Virus record (IMG/VR): IMGVR_UViG_3300040985_000787
Location: 1-34,178 of that record
Reading direction: 5' to 3' (one strand)
DNA: 34,178 bases
Origin: a virus
Lineage: Duplodnaviria > Caudoviricetes
Shown: positions 7,173 to 15,650 of the stretch, one piece after another
How positions within the stretch are numbered: position 1 is the stretch's first letter
How the letters are laid out: each line of letters begins with the position of its first letter
Translations under genes and position numbers: made by a program
The notes under the pieces: model-generated
What the model was told of the DNA's origin: nothing
Databases searched by the model: none
What the model saw: the letters and a program-made list of their open reading frames with translations, nothing else

Positions 7173-7494
7173 CACATGCCCCAAATGCGGAGCCCCAGAA
7201 ACCGGCCCCGGAATCTTCGAGTGCGGTACCACCCTGAGTCGCAAGTGGTACGGTGTCAAGCGGTACAAGTACCACCACGATTGCAACCAGAACAAGGCTT
7301 GCGGTGATGCCTGCATGGCGCTGGTACTCGACTGCATCAACCGCAAAGCGCAATCGCTGAATTGGCCCCTTCAAGATGTGGTCCACGAGGGCGGCAGGAA
7401 CTTCGGTGACTTCGTTGTCACGGTGACGAGTAAGGCGAAGCGACGGAAGCCGAGCAATGAGCGTAAGCGGGCGCGGAAGAGGGGGGAGGGATGA
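7159..7494 (+). CDS. Zn-finger hypothetical protein (paralog of 6012-6380)
   Basis: TCPKCGAPETG...FECGT; SD AAGGAG before ATG 7159. Confidence 0.65.
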   Translation: MDRTSTCPKCGAPETGPGIFECGTTLSRKWYGVKRYKYHHDCNQNKACGDACMALVLDCINRKAQSLNWPLQDVVHEGGRNFGDFVVTVTSKAKRRKPSNERKRARKRGEG

Positions 7495-8066
7495 GTGATA
7501 GGAAACTACCAAAGTTTGAAGCAGTAGCCGGTAATTGGATAGCCGTTCGCAACGTCAGTATAGACATGAAGACCCTGATGCACCACCCAGTCAGCGAGGA
7601 AGTAACCGGCGTTATGATGATTGATCCAGACGGCACGATGATATTTCATAACCCTGATGTTGACTCACTGCCGGCAACGGAAGGCCCACCGAAGTACATG
7701 GAGCGCCCAAAGTGCGGGACGTGTGATCAGTGGGGGCTGATGACGAGAGCCATAGGCGATACACCCCAAGGCCCTCGTGATGGTGTGAAGTGTGAGCATT
7801 TGGGCGGTAGGTTCTGCGGTCTTGATAGCGAAGCCTGCATGCACCATCAAGACTTCCCGGCGTGGCGTGAGAAGGGGAAGTCAGCAAATCAGGAATTACC
7901 TGAAGGCGTGATCGGTTGGAACATGCCGATCAAGTTTGAGACTATGCCATCAGGACAGCAAGGCGTAGTCAGGACTGACACCGGGCAATACCTCACGAGG
8001 ATTGAGGCGAAGGCCCTAGCTGCAACGTCGAAGGTTTCGGCGGCGATGGATGGGCATTACGAATAG
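7491..8066 (+). CDS. Hypothetical mosaic protein with Cys/His cluster
   Basis: ATGA overlap, SD GGAGG; RPKCGTC...C...C...C..H motif. Confidence 0.65.
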   Translation: MSDRKLPKFEAVAGNWIAVRNVSIDMKTLMHHPVSEEVTGVMMIDPDGTMIFHNPDVDSLPATEGPPKYMERPKCGTCDQWGLMTRAIGDTPQGPRDGVKCEHLGGRFCGLDSEACMHHQDFPAWREKGKSANQELPEGVIGWNMPIKFETMPSGQQGVVRTDTGQYLTRIEAKALAATSKVSAAMDGHYE

Positions 8067-8096
8067 CCCCCCACGCACGTAAAGAAGAGAGCGCTG

Positions 8097-8125
8097 TTGC
8101 TGTAAGTAGTGAGAAGTGGTATTGT
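8097..8125 (+). promoter_or_regulatory. Sigma70-like promoter upstream of the packaging operon
   Basis: TTGCTG (8097-8102), 17 nt, TATTGT (8120-8125), extended -10 TG. Confidence 0.55.
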
Positions 8126-8147
8126 AGTATGTAGTAAGGGGGTGACG

Positions 8148-8576
8148 ATGGGACGATCGGAAGACATCCAGGAACTTGGGGATTACCTAACCAGCCAAAT
8201 GTCTGAGAGCATAGCGAAGCCATTGAGCGAACCGCAGAAGTACGATCCTTCCAAAGTCAAGATGACCATTGGCGGCAAAGAGTGCGTACCCGTAACTGTG
8301 GAAATGGAAGAGGTTACCGTGTATGCCGTCAAGTGTGTTGTTAGGGGCATGGATTGCTACGTTGTCGGTTTGGGTGAGGATAGGCCAGATGAAACGGAAG
8401 TTATCTTCACCCGATACAGTGAGGATGCGTGGTATACTGAGAGCGAGGCTTGCGCTGAGTTGACAGCAAAGGCTCTTGCAGGACATTCACCGGAAGTCGT
8501 GAAGGGAACCGTTCGCAGGCCGCACCCTGATTCTTTTTTTGGTATTGGCTTGAGGGGGAAGAATGACACCGCCTAA
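8148..8576 (+). CDS. Hypothetical protein
   Basis: SD-like AAGGGGGTG before ATG 8148; overlaps terS. Confidence 0.6.
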   Translation: MGRSEDIQELGDYLTSQMSESIAKPLSEPQKYDPSKVKMTIGGKECVPVTVEMEEVTVYAVKCVVRGMDCYVVGLGEDRPDETEVIFTRYSEDAWYTESEACAELTAKALAGHSPEVVKGTVRRPHPDSFFGIGLRGKNDTA

Positions 8577-9120
8577 GAAGAGGAAGCCTAAGAAGCCGGG
8601 ACCAAAGCAGCCCGACAAACACCCGATCCTGTTGCTGCCGGATGAAGCGTTTGAACATGCATCCAATGGGGCGACTGATAGCACTATCCGCAAAATCTAT
8701 GGGTTGAATAGGCGGGATTGGTACAACGGGCTAGAGCAACACGCAGAGATTCGTGAACGTCTACTGCGCGCCCGCAATCAGATGTTTGCCAATGTCGAAA
8801 GCTCCTTGTACCGCAGAGCAATGGGCGTACTAGTCGAGCGGGAAACAAAGGACGGCGGCACCAATATCTATGAAGTCGCCCCGGACGTTGCCGCTATCAA
8901 GTACCTGCTGTCAACGCAGAAGGCTAGGGACTGGCAGGCAGAGAGCAAGTTGAACGTGAACCACTCAGGCAGCGTTGACAAGAAAGCCCCCGCCCTAGAG
9001 GACATGACGCCGGAAGAGATTGATCTGCAAGTGCAGGCCATCCTCAACGAGAAGGCGAAGCGGGCGGCTAAGGAGAGCGGCGGCGTTGCTGTTGAGGGTG
9101 TTGGTGGTGAGGCTAACTGA
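8563..9120 (+). CDS. terS: Terminase small subunit
   Basis: HTH-like N-part, SLYRRAMG...PDVAAIKYLL...DWQ pattern, position upstream of terL. Confidence 0.75.
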   Translation: MTPPKKRKPKKPGPKQPDKHPILLLPDEAFEHASNGATDSTIRKIYGLNRRDWYNGLEQHAEIRERLLRARNQMFANVESSLYRRAMGVLVERETKDGGTNIYEVAPDVAAIKYLLSTQKARDWQAESKLNVNHSGSVDKKAPALEDMTPEEIDLQVQAILNEKAKRAAKESGGVAVEGVGGEAN

Positions 9121-9350
9121 TGCAGGGGGATACAATGGAATACGAAGATCGAAAGTACTGGTTTGTATGCGTACCTGAGCCACAGGAAGACGACGGGCTT
9201 TACATTGGGCCGCTATTGTGGACAGGGCAGCGAGAAAAGAAAGCATCTATCGACAGGTGGATCGCAAAGAGCGAAATAACATGGGAGCATTTTTTGACTC
9301 TCGGCTACACGTGCCGCAGACTCACGGTAACCTTGACCCCCACTAAATGA
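9120..9350 (+). CDS. Small hypothetical protein inserted between terS and terL
   Basis: TGATG and ATGA overlaps on both sides; alternative start 9135. Confidence 0.55.
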   Translation: MQGDTMEYEDRKYWFVCVPEPQEDDGLYIGPLLWTGQREKKASIDRWIAKSEITWEHFLTLGYTCRRLTVTLTPTK

Positions 9351-10885
9351 CCCCCGAAGCCAACCGCGCCCTACTCACCGAGTACCTGCTACGGGAAGCC
9401 CGCAAAGACCCCGCCGTGTTCAATCGGTTGGTTCATAGAGATGACAGAACGGGAGAGCCGTGGGATACGCAGCCCTTCCATAGAGAGTGGCTAGACGCAA
9501 TCGAAGCCGACGACTGGGAATTTGACCCCGATGGCAACCCTATTGTGCGCCTCGTCATATTCGCACCAGCCGGTCACGGTAAGTCGCAACAGATAGCCCG
9601 GTCATGGATTGAACGCAAGTTAGGCAGTGCCACCCTTGAAGATAGGCCGATCCCCCGCACTGCTATCTTGAGTAACGTAGTTGGGCAAGCAGAGAAGCGA
9701 GTAACCCTGATCCGCAAGGATATCGAGAGCAACAAGCGGATGCATGCTGTCTATCCGAAGTTGCGCCGATCCGCCGCTGGCACATGGACCACAACCGAGT
9801 TGATGCTAGACGCTGAGAACCCCACCATGGACCCGCACATTCAAGCGGTGGGCTTGCATGGGGCTATCCTCGGGGCACGTCTTGACGTTGGGGTGGTTGA
9901 CGATCCTTGCGACTTTGAGAACACATGGACGGACGCACAGCGAAAGAAGGCCCTAGCGTGGTACCGCTCTAGTTTCGAGAGTCGGTTTGACGGGCGTGGC
10001 ATCATCGTTGTGATCATGACTTCGTGGAACGAGGGCGACCTGGGGCACGCACTTGTCAGGGATCACGGTTACAAGGGGATTACCTACTCGGCTTGTGATG
10101 AGAACTTCGAGAACATCCTTTGGGAGAGCCGCTACCCTGAGAACGTACTGCGTGGAATCATGGCACGCATGGGGCCTATCGAGTTCGCCAGAACAATGCG
10201 CAACAAAATCATGGACGATTCATTCCGCCGTATCCAAATGTCATGGATTCAGAAGTGCCTTGACCGCGGGCTAGGTGTACCGCCTGACGTGAAACCCGAG
10301 GGCGCAACCATGACCATCTGCGGCGTTGACCCGTCCGGGAAGAAGAAGAAGAGCAGCGACCTGTGGGCGTTTACTCCATTCTCTGTGATGCCAAACGGGG
10401 ATAGGCACCTGATCAACTGCTTCACTGACCGCATGACTTCACCAGAGGGCCGCGAAGAGGTGGGCCGAATCTGGCGACTATGTAACCCGGTGTTCTACGT
10501 TGAAGACAATGGGGTGCAAGTTTGGTTCAAGCAGGAGATTGTGCACTCGACGGCTATCCCGGTGAAGGGGTTGACTACCACCGTAGCGAAATGGGATCCG
10601 GCAACGGGGGTTGAGAGTATCGGAATCGAGCTGTTCAACGCCAAATGGATAATCCCATCCGTGTGGGACGAGAACATGAAGAAATCGGTAGCCGCAACCC
10701 GTGGATTGCAGATGCTAGTAGACCAAATGTCATCATTTGAGCATGGTGCACACACTGGCGACGGGCTTATGTCTCTGTACGTTGGGCGCTGCGGCGTCTT
10801 AGAAGAGGAGGCTTGCAAAGTCAACGATTATTCTGATATAGGTATCAGTGCAGGCAACACGCAAAGCAATATATGGAGCCCGTAA
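9347..10885 (+). CDS. terL: Terminase large subunit
   Basis: Walker A APAGHGKS, Walker B VGVVDD, RNase H-like nuclease CGVDPS...D; immediately before portal. Confidence 0.93.
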   Translation: MTPEANRALLTEYLLREARKDPAVFNRLVHRDDRTGEPWDTQPFHREWLDAIEADDWEFDPDGNPIVRLVIFAPAGHGKSQQIARSWIERKLGSATLEDRPIPRTAILSNVVGQAEKRVTLIRKDIESNKRMHAVYPKLRRSAAGTWTTTELMLDAENPTMDPHIQAVGLHGAILGARLDVGVVDDPCDFENTWTDAQRKKALAWYRSSFESRFDGRGIIVVIMTSWNEGDLGHALVRDHGYKGITYSACDENFENILWESRYPENVLRGIMARMGPIEFARTMRNKIMDDSFRRIQMSWIQKCLDRGLGVPPDVKPEGATMTICGVDPSGKKKKSSDLWAFTPFSVMPNGDRHLINCFTDRMTSPEGREEVGRIWRLCNPVFYVEDNGVQVWFKQEIVHSTAIPVKGLTTTVAKWDPATGVESIGIELFNAKWIIPSVWDENMKKSVAATRGLQMLVDQMSSFEHGAHTGDGLMSLYVGRCGVLEEEACKVNDYSDIGISAGNTQSNIWSP

Positions 10886-12195
10886 TGGCAGACACCCCCA
10901 CCGTCAACGATGCCCCACGTGCAGCGCAAGAGGTAGTGATCACCGACCAGCCAACCGTGCGAGCGGAGGGCGGCGTATTGCCTGATCAGCAGATAGGGCG
11001 CACCGGGCTAAATCAGAGCATGGGGTACATTTACGAAGATGTGCTCACTAAGTTGCAGGGGGCCAGCGGGCGCAAGATCTATGATGAAATGGGCAGCAAT
11101 GATCCCATGGTTGGGGCGCTGCTATTCGCCATTGACAAGATGGTGCGGAACGTCGAGTACACGCTGAGGCCTGCGGATCATGCGAAGGGCGAGGAAGCTG
11201 CGGAGTTGACCGAATCGGCGATGGGTGACATGGAGCATCCGTGGTCAGAGTTTATCAGCGAAGTACTTTCGATGCTTCAGTTTGGATTCGCCCCGTTTGA
11301 ACCCGTTTACAAGATGCGTGATGATGGTCGCATAGGCTGGAAGAAGTTGCCTATCAGGGCGCAACGCACCCTTGACCGTTGGCAGTTTGACGAGGACGGT
11401 GAGTTAGAGGGCATGTGGCAGAACGCACCGCCGCATTACCGCTTGACGATGATTCCCATTGAGCGGCTAGTGAACTTCCGCACCACGTCAATCAAGGATA
11501 ACCCGGAAGGCGAGAGCGTTATCCGCAACGCCTACTGGCCCTGGCTAGTGAAACACAACATTGAGAAGATTGAGGCCATTGGGATAGAGCGCGAGTTGAA
11601 CGGCATACCGTTTTTCTACCACCCGGCAGCATGGAGCAGCGCAAGTGCCACCGCAAACCAGATCGCGGCCCTGAGCGCATTGAAAGAGATGGGCGAGCGG
11701 TTACGGGGCAACGAGCAATCGTGCGTGCTACTGCCTCGGATACTTGACGAGAACGGGAAGGATTTACTGGAGTTCAAACTAATCAAGAATGAAGGGAAGC
11801 GAAGTATAGACGTGAACACAACCATCACCCGCAAGAATGGCGAAATCCTAATGACGGTGCTTGCTGACTTCATCATCCTGGGGCATGAGAATAGTGGTTC
11901 ATGGGCACTGGCAGACAGCAAGACAAGCGTGTTTGCCGTGGCTCTCGGTGCATGGCTGAAGACCATCGCCGGAACCATCAACCGCCACCTATTCCCCCGC
12001 CTGATGGAAGCCAATGCCCTACCCGTTGAAGCCGCACCCACCATCGTACCCGGTGACATCGAGACGCCCGACCTTGGCAAGCTCGGTGACTTCCTCGCAA
12101 AGGTCTATCCCGGTGGCTTCATCATGCCCGACATCGACCTAGAGAACGAATTGCGCCGCATGGCTGGCCTCCCTCAGTCAATCAGCGAGGAATAA
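10885..12195 (+). CDS. Portal protein (DUF935/Mu gp29-like)
   Basis: Follows terL with TAATG overlap; IYDEM..ND, FGFAPFEPVY, DNPEGESVIRNAY, IEAIGIEREL, GSWALA motifs. Confidence 0.9.
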   Translation: MADTPTVNDAPRAAQEVVITDQPTVRAEGGVLPDQQIGRTGLNQSMGYIYEDVLTKLQGASGRKIYDEMGSNDPMVGALLFAIDKMVRNVEYTLRPADHAKGEEAAELTESAMGDMEHPWSEFISEVLSMLQFGFAPFEPVYKMRDDGRIGWKKLPIRAQRTLDRWQFDEDGELEGMWQNAPPHYRLTMIPIERLVNFRTTSIKDNPEGESVIRNAYWPWLVKHNIEKIEAIGIERELNGIPFFYHPAAWSSASATANQIAALSALKEMGERLRGNEQSCVLLPRILDENGKDLLEFKLIKNEGKRSIDVNTTITRKNGEILMTVLADFIILGHENSGSWALADSKTSVFAVALGAWLKTIAGTINRHLFPRLMEANALPVEAAPTIVPGDIETPDLGKLGDFLAKVYPGGFIMPDIDLENELRRMAGLPQSISEE

Positions 12196-13101
12196 GTGAT
12201 CCCAGCGGTGAACAGTCAGGGCGGTGAAGTTTTCCGTGAGGTTGCCAAAAGCCCGGAGTACATAGCACTGGAAGCGAAGTCAGAAACGCAGATGAAGAAA
12301 ACCACCCGTGCCGCCTATGCCGAGATGCAAGCGGGCGTTGACGTTGAGCAAGTCCGTGTCGGGTTGGAAGTCGGGGATGAACTGTACGCATTTGAAGCCA
12401 CCAACGTCAACGTAACCGTCAAGTCATTCGATGCGCTGGCCGATGATGTTGAGTCGGCAATGGTGAAGGCCGCAGACATCACGCTCGACGCTGTGGAGGT
12501 GCAAGGCGGCTTCGTGTTCAACCCGCAGTCGGCTGGCTTGCGTGGTGCACTCAACACCGTAGTCAATCAGCACATCGTTGGCATAAAGAACAGCACCAGC
12601 ACGGCCATTCGTGAGACTATACGGGATGCTATCTCGACAGGTAGGCACCCCCTGAACGCTGCGAAGGATATCCAGAAGCAGATAGGGTTGACTTCCCGAC
12701 AGACGAACGCCATTGAGAACCTGCGAGCGAAGTTGATTGAGGACGGTGTAAAGCCCGACGTGATAACGAAGCGGCTGGCCCGGCAAACTAAGAAGTTCAA
12801 GGCGCAAAGGGCTGAAGCCATCGCCAGAACCGAGACAAGCAATGCTATCAACGCAGGGCGGCAAGATCTGTGGGAGCAGTTGCAGCGGTCTGGTGCGTTG
12901 CCGATGGAGCAGGAGATCAAGTGGATTACGGCTTTGGATGAGAGAGTATGTCAAATTTGTGGGCCAATGTCGAATCAGACGGTGGGCCTGCGAAGTAACT
13001 TTCAAGTGACGTTCCCAAAAGCTGGCGGACAGGAAGAGGTGCAGTTGAAACCTCACCCCCCAGCTCATCCGCAATGAAGATGCAGTACTGTCCTCGTGTA
13101 G
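12196..13101 (+). CDS. MuF/SPP1 gp7-like head morphogenesis protein; in-frame TGA at 13075-13077 (293 aa if stop, 301 aa if recoded)
   Basis: RAEAIARTET, KWITALDERVCQICG, PPAHPQ*RCSTVLV-TAG versus family motif HPxCRC. Confidence 0.88.
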
Positions 13102-13108
13102 GAGAGAA

Positions 13109-13879
13109 ATGACGCAGACAAACACCTTCCGGGGCCGCATAACCGCCGTCAACGATGACCTGTGCGTGATCTCTGCCCGTTCAAGCGAAGGTGACGTTGC
13201 CGAGATGGTGCCAATAGTGCAGGCGTCCGGCAATGCCCCGCTAGGTTCGCTGGTGCTAGTGTCTCTTTCTGATACAGGGGCCACCATCGTAGGCCGCAGC
13301 ATAGGCGGTGATTGCGATACCGCTGCAACCGTGCGTGAGGTAATGGCTGGTGCAGGATGCGCACAGGCCACCCGCACAGCTCCAATCATCGGGCACCGTG
13401 TCACCCGTGAAGAGGAAGGGTCACCAGAGAGACAGTTGATTACCGTTGTGGTCTACGAGCCTGGACGCATTGATAGCGGCTACGGAACCACCGCCAGCGA
13501 AGAGACTGTTGAGGGTTGGGCGCATACGTTTATGATTTCCCAAATTGCCATGCGTGGGCAAGTTATCACTGACGAGCATTGGCTGCGTGACAATGACGGC
13601 AAGTGGCTACTCGCAGACCCAATCAAGGGTGATACGTTCGACACGCAGACAGGCGCACCCACCAACCGACTGCCAGCGCCCCCGGTTGATGCCTACGTGG
13701 TAGAGAACTGGGTGAAGCGGTGCGATTGCCCCATTGGTGACACCCCCGTAAGCGCAGGGGCATGGATGCAAGAGATTTGGATTAGAGATGCAACGGCTTG
13801 GGAGCGGGTGCTGTCAGGCGAATACACTGGCGTAAGTATTGAAGGCTGGCGGTTTAGCGCCCCAGACAAGGAGGAGTGA
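13109..13879 (+). CDS. XkdF-like prohead protease
   Basis: VVYEPGRID, WAHTFM, TDEH, VVENW, GAW, VLSGEYTGVSIEG; SD AGGAGAG. Confidence 0.75.
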   Translation: MTQTNTFRGRITAVNDDLCVISARSSEGDVAEMVPIVQASGNAPLGSLVLVSLSDTGATIVGRSIGGDCDTAATVREVMAGAGCAQATRTAPIIGHRVTREEEGSPERQLITVVVYEPGRIDSGYGTTASEETVEGWAHTFMISQIAMRGQVITDEHWLRDNDGKWLLADPIKGDTFDTQTGAPTNRLPAPPVDAYVVENWVKRCDCPIGDTPVSAGAWMQEIWIRDATAWERVLSGEYTGVSIEGWRFSAPDKEE

Positions 13880-13881
13880 AC

Positions 13882-14484
13882 ATGGCTGCAAAAAGAAAGG
13901 GCCGTCGCAAGATGACAGACGAAGAGAAGGCAGCGGCCAAACTGAAGCGTGAAGAGAAGAAGGCTGAAGCCAAACCAGAGTCAGAGGAAAACCTGCTCAC
14001 GCTGCTTGATTCTGATGGCGGTGAGAATCTGCCAGCGGTAGATGCACCCCCGGAGTTGCCAAAGGCTGAAGGCCCGCCACCGCCCGAACCCCCAGAACCA
14101 GAACCCGAAGATAACCCTGAAGACCGTGGATGGATGACACTCAAGGAAGTTTGCGGCCTGTTTGGCGTGAGCCGTCCCTTTGTCAGTGGCTTCGTTGCTC
14201 GTGGTCGAATTCCCGGATTGGAGTCAAGCGTACAAGGCGTCAAAATGCGCTGGTATCCGGTTCAAGTGGAAGTGTTGCGGCGTGCATTGGATATCATCGA
14301 CACGCTGGACCATATGCGCAAGCAAGAGGAGCATATTTTCGCATGCGCCACCGTCACCCCGGATCGTACTGAGGGCCGGTTGCTGCTTCAGACTGACCGC
14401 GGAATGCGCCTATCCGATGGCATTGGCACCATGAGAATGATGAGCCTGAAGCCGATCTTGTATATCCCCCGCCCCCACAAGTAA
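13882..14484 (+). CDS. HTH (excisionase/MerR-like) DNA-binding protein with basic N-terminus and Pro-rich linker
   Basis: WMTLKEVCGLFGVSRPFVSGFVARGRIP; SD AAGGAGG. Confidence 0.7.
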   Translation: MAAKRKGRRKMTDEEKAAAKLKREEKKAEAKPESEENLLTLLDSDGGENLPAVDAPPELPKAEGPPPPEPPEPEPEDNPEDRGWMTLKEVCGLFGVSRPFVSGFVARGRIPGLESSVQGVKMRWYPVQVEVLRRALDIIDTLDHMRKQEEHIFACATVTPDRTEGRLLLQTDRGMRLSDGIGTMRMMSLKPILYIPRPHK

Positions 14485-14502
14485 AAACCACCCCCGCAAA
14501 AC

Positions 14503-14571
14503 TGTGTCTAAAAGACACACCTAAGTAGTCGCCGTTTCATTTTGACACAATCGCCCCCCTGAACTTACCCT
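14503..14571 (+). promoter_or_regulatory. Inverted repeat (candidate operator) and sigma70-like promoter of the scaffold/capsid operon
   Basis: TGTGTCT-AAA-AGACACA (14503-14519); TTGACA (14542-14547), 18 nt, TACCCT (14566-14571). Confidence 0.55.
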
Positions 14572-14577
14572 AGCAGC

Positions 14578-15612
14578 GTGAGTGATATTGAAACCAGCGA
14601 AGATCTTCAGGGCCTCCACGTACCACGAATTGCGCTAACCAAGTATCCGGCGAACTTCGGTGGAATCCCTCAGGTCCGTTCCGATGGAGACGACATGGCC
14701 GAGAAAACCACGATTGAGGTAGATGCAAGCCTCGTACCTATGTTTGAAACGATTGCCAACGACTTTGAAGCACGGGTTGAAAGCGTGCGTGCCGCTGAAG
14801 TGGTGCGGGGCGAAGAAGCTGACGCCGCTGCCGGTGCAATTGCCGCTGCATTGCAGATCCTTGAGCCACTCAAGGCCGAAATTAACCGGGATGCTTTTAT
14901 CTGGTTGGGCGATCTGGTTGGCCACAGCATCAAAGAACTGACATGGATCGAGCGTGCTGACGCTTCCATCGCCCGGTGCGATGAATTGGAAGCAGAAGCC
15001 GCCCGAGCCGATGAAGAGAAAGCCGCCGCAGAGCGTGCCGAAAATCCGTTTATGCTGAACGATGACGGCACCCTCAATGAGGAAGGCTACCCGGAAGAGC
15101 AGCGATCCGTCATGCGGTCGCAGTTCGACCTCTATCAGGGCGTGATTGCACGCAACGCCGATCTTGAGGCTGAACTTGCCGAGAACAAGGCCGAAGCCAC
15201 CCGTGCCGCAGACGAGAAGTTGGTTGAGGAAGTCACCCGAGCATGTGGTCAGTTCGACGATCTACCCGGTGACAAGGACAAGCGGCTTGACTTGATGCTG
15301 CGTGCAAAGCGTGCTGACTCCGATCTGTACGATGCCATGACCGAGTTGTGGGAGCAGGCGATGGCCGGTGCCCGTGCTTTGGCACAGGGTGAGGTTGGCA
15401 GTTCTGCCGGTGCCAATGGCAACGACGCCAGTACTTCCGAGGGCCTGTATGCGCAGATTCGCAGCGCAACTGATACGAAGGTCAAGGAAGCCGCCGACGC
15501 TGGCCGCCAGATGGATTACGCCACCGCCCGCAGCGCAGTGTTGCGAGAGAATCCCGGCATGTACGACCGTTACCTTGAAGCGAATTTGGCAGAGAAGGCC
15601 GCAAGCAAATAG
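14578..15612 (+). CDS. Capsid scaffolding protein (possible second in-frame start at 14695)
   Basis: Acidic Ala-rich coiled coil, C-terminal VLRENPGMYDRY capsid-binding-type motif, position between protease and capsid genes. Confidence 0.75.
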   Translation: MSDIETSEDLQGLHVPRIALTKYPANFGGIPQVRSDGDDMAEKTTIEVDASLVPMFETIANDFEARVESVRAAEVVRGEEADAAAGAIAAALQILEPLKAEINRDAFIWLGDLVGHSIKELTWIERADASIARCDELEAEAARADEEKAAAERAENPFMLNDDGTLNEEGYPEEQRSVMRSQFDLYQGVIARNADLEAELAENKAEATRAADEKLVEEVTRACGQFDDLPGDKDKRLDLMLRAKRADSDLYDAMTELWEQAMAGARALAQGEVGSSAGANGNDASTSEGLYAQIRSATDTKVKEAADAGRQMDYATARSAVLRENPGMYDRYLEANLAEKAASK

Positions 15613-15650
15613 ACACCGTGCCGCGAGGCCGATGATAGGAGGATTTACGA

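Noticed and set aside
12424-13404. 326-aa minus-strand ORF (and similar ones at 15645-16280, 17447-18139, 22716-23381)
   Set aside because: Antisense shadows of well-supported structural genes in GC-rich DNA, with no motifs or RBS
13882-14484. Excisionase as evidence of lysogeny
   Set aside because: The HTH class is generic, and no integrase, repressor or att site is seen in the window
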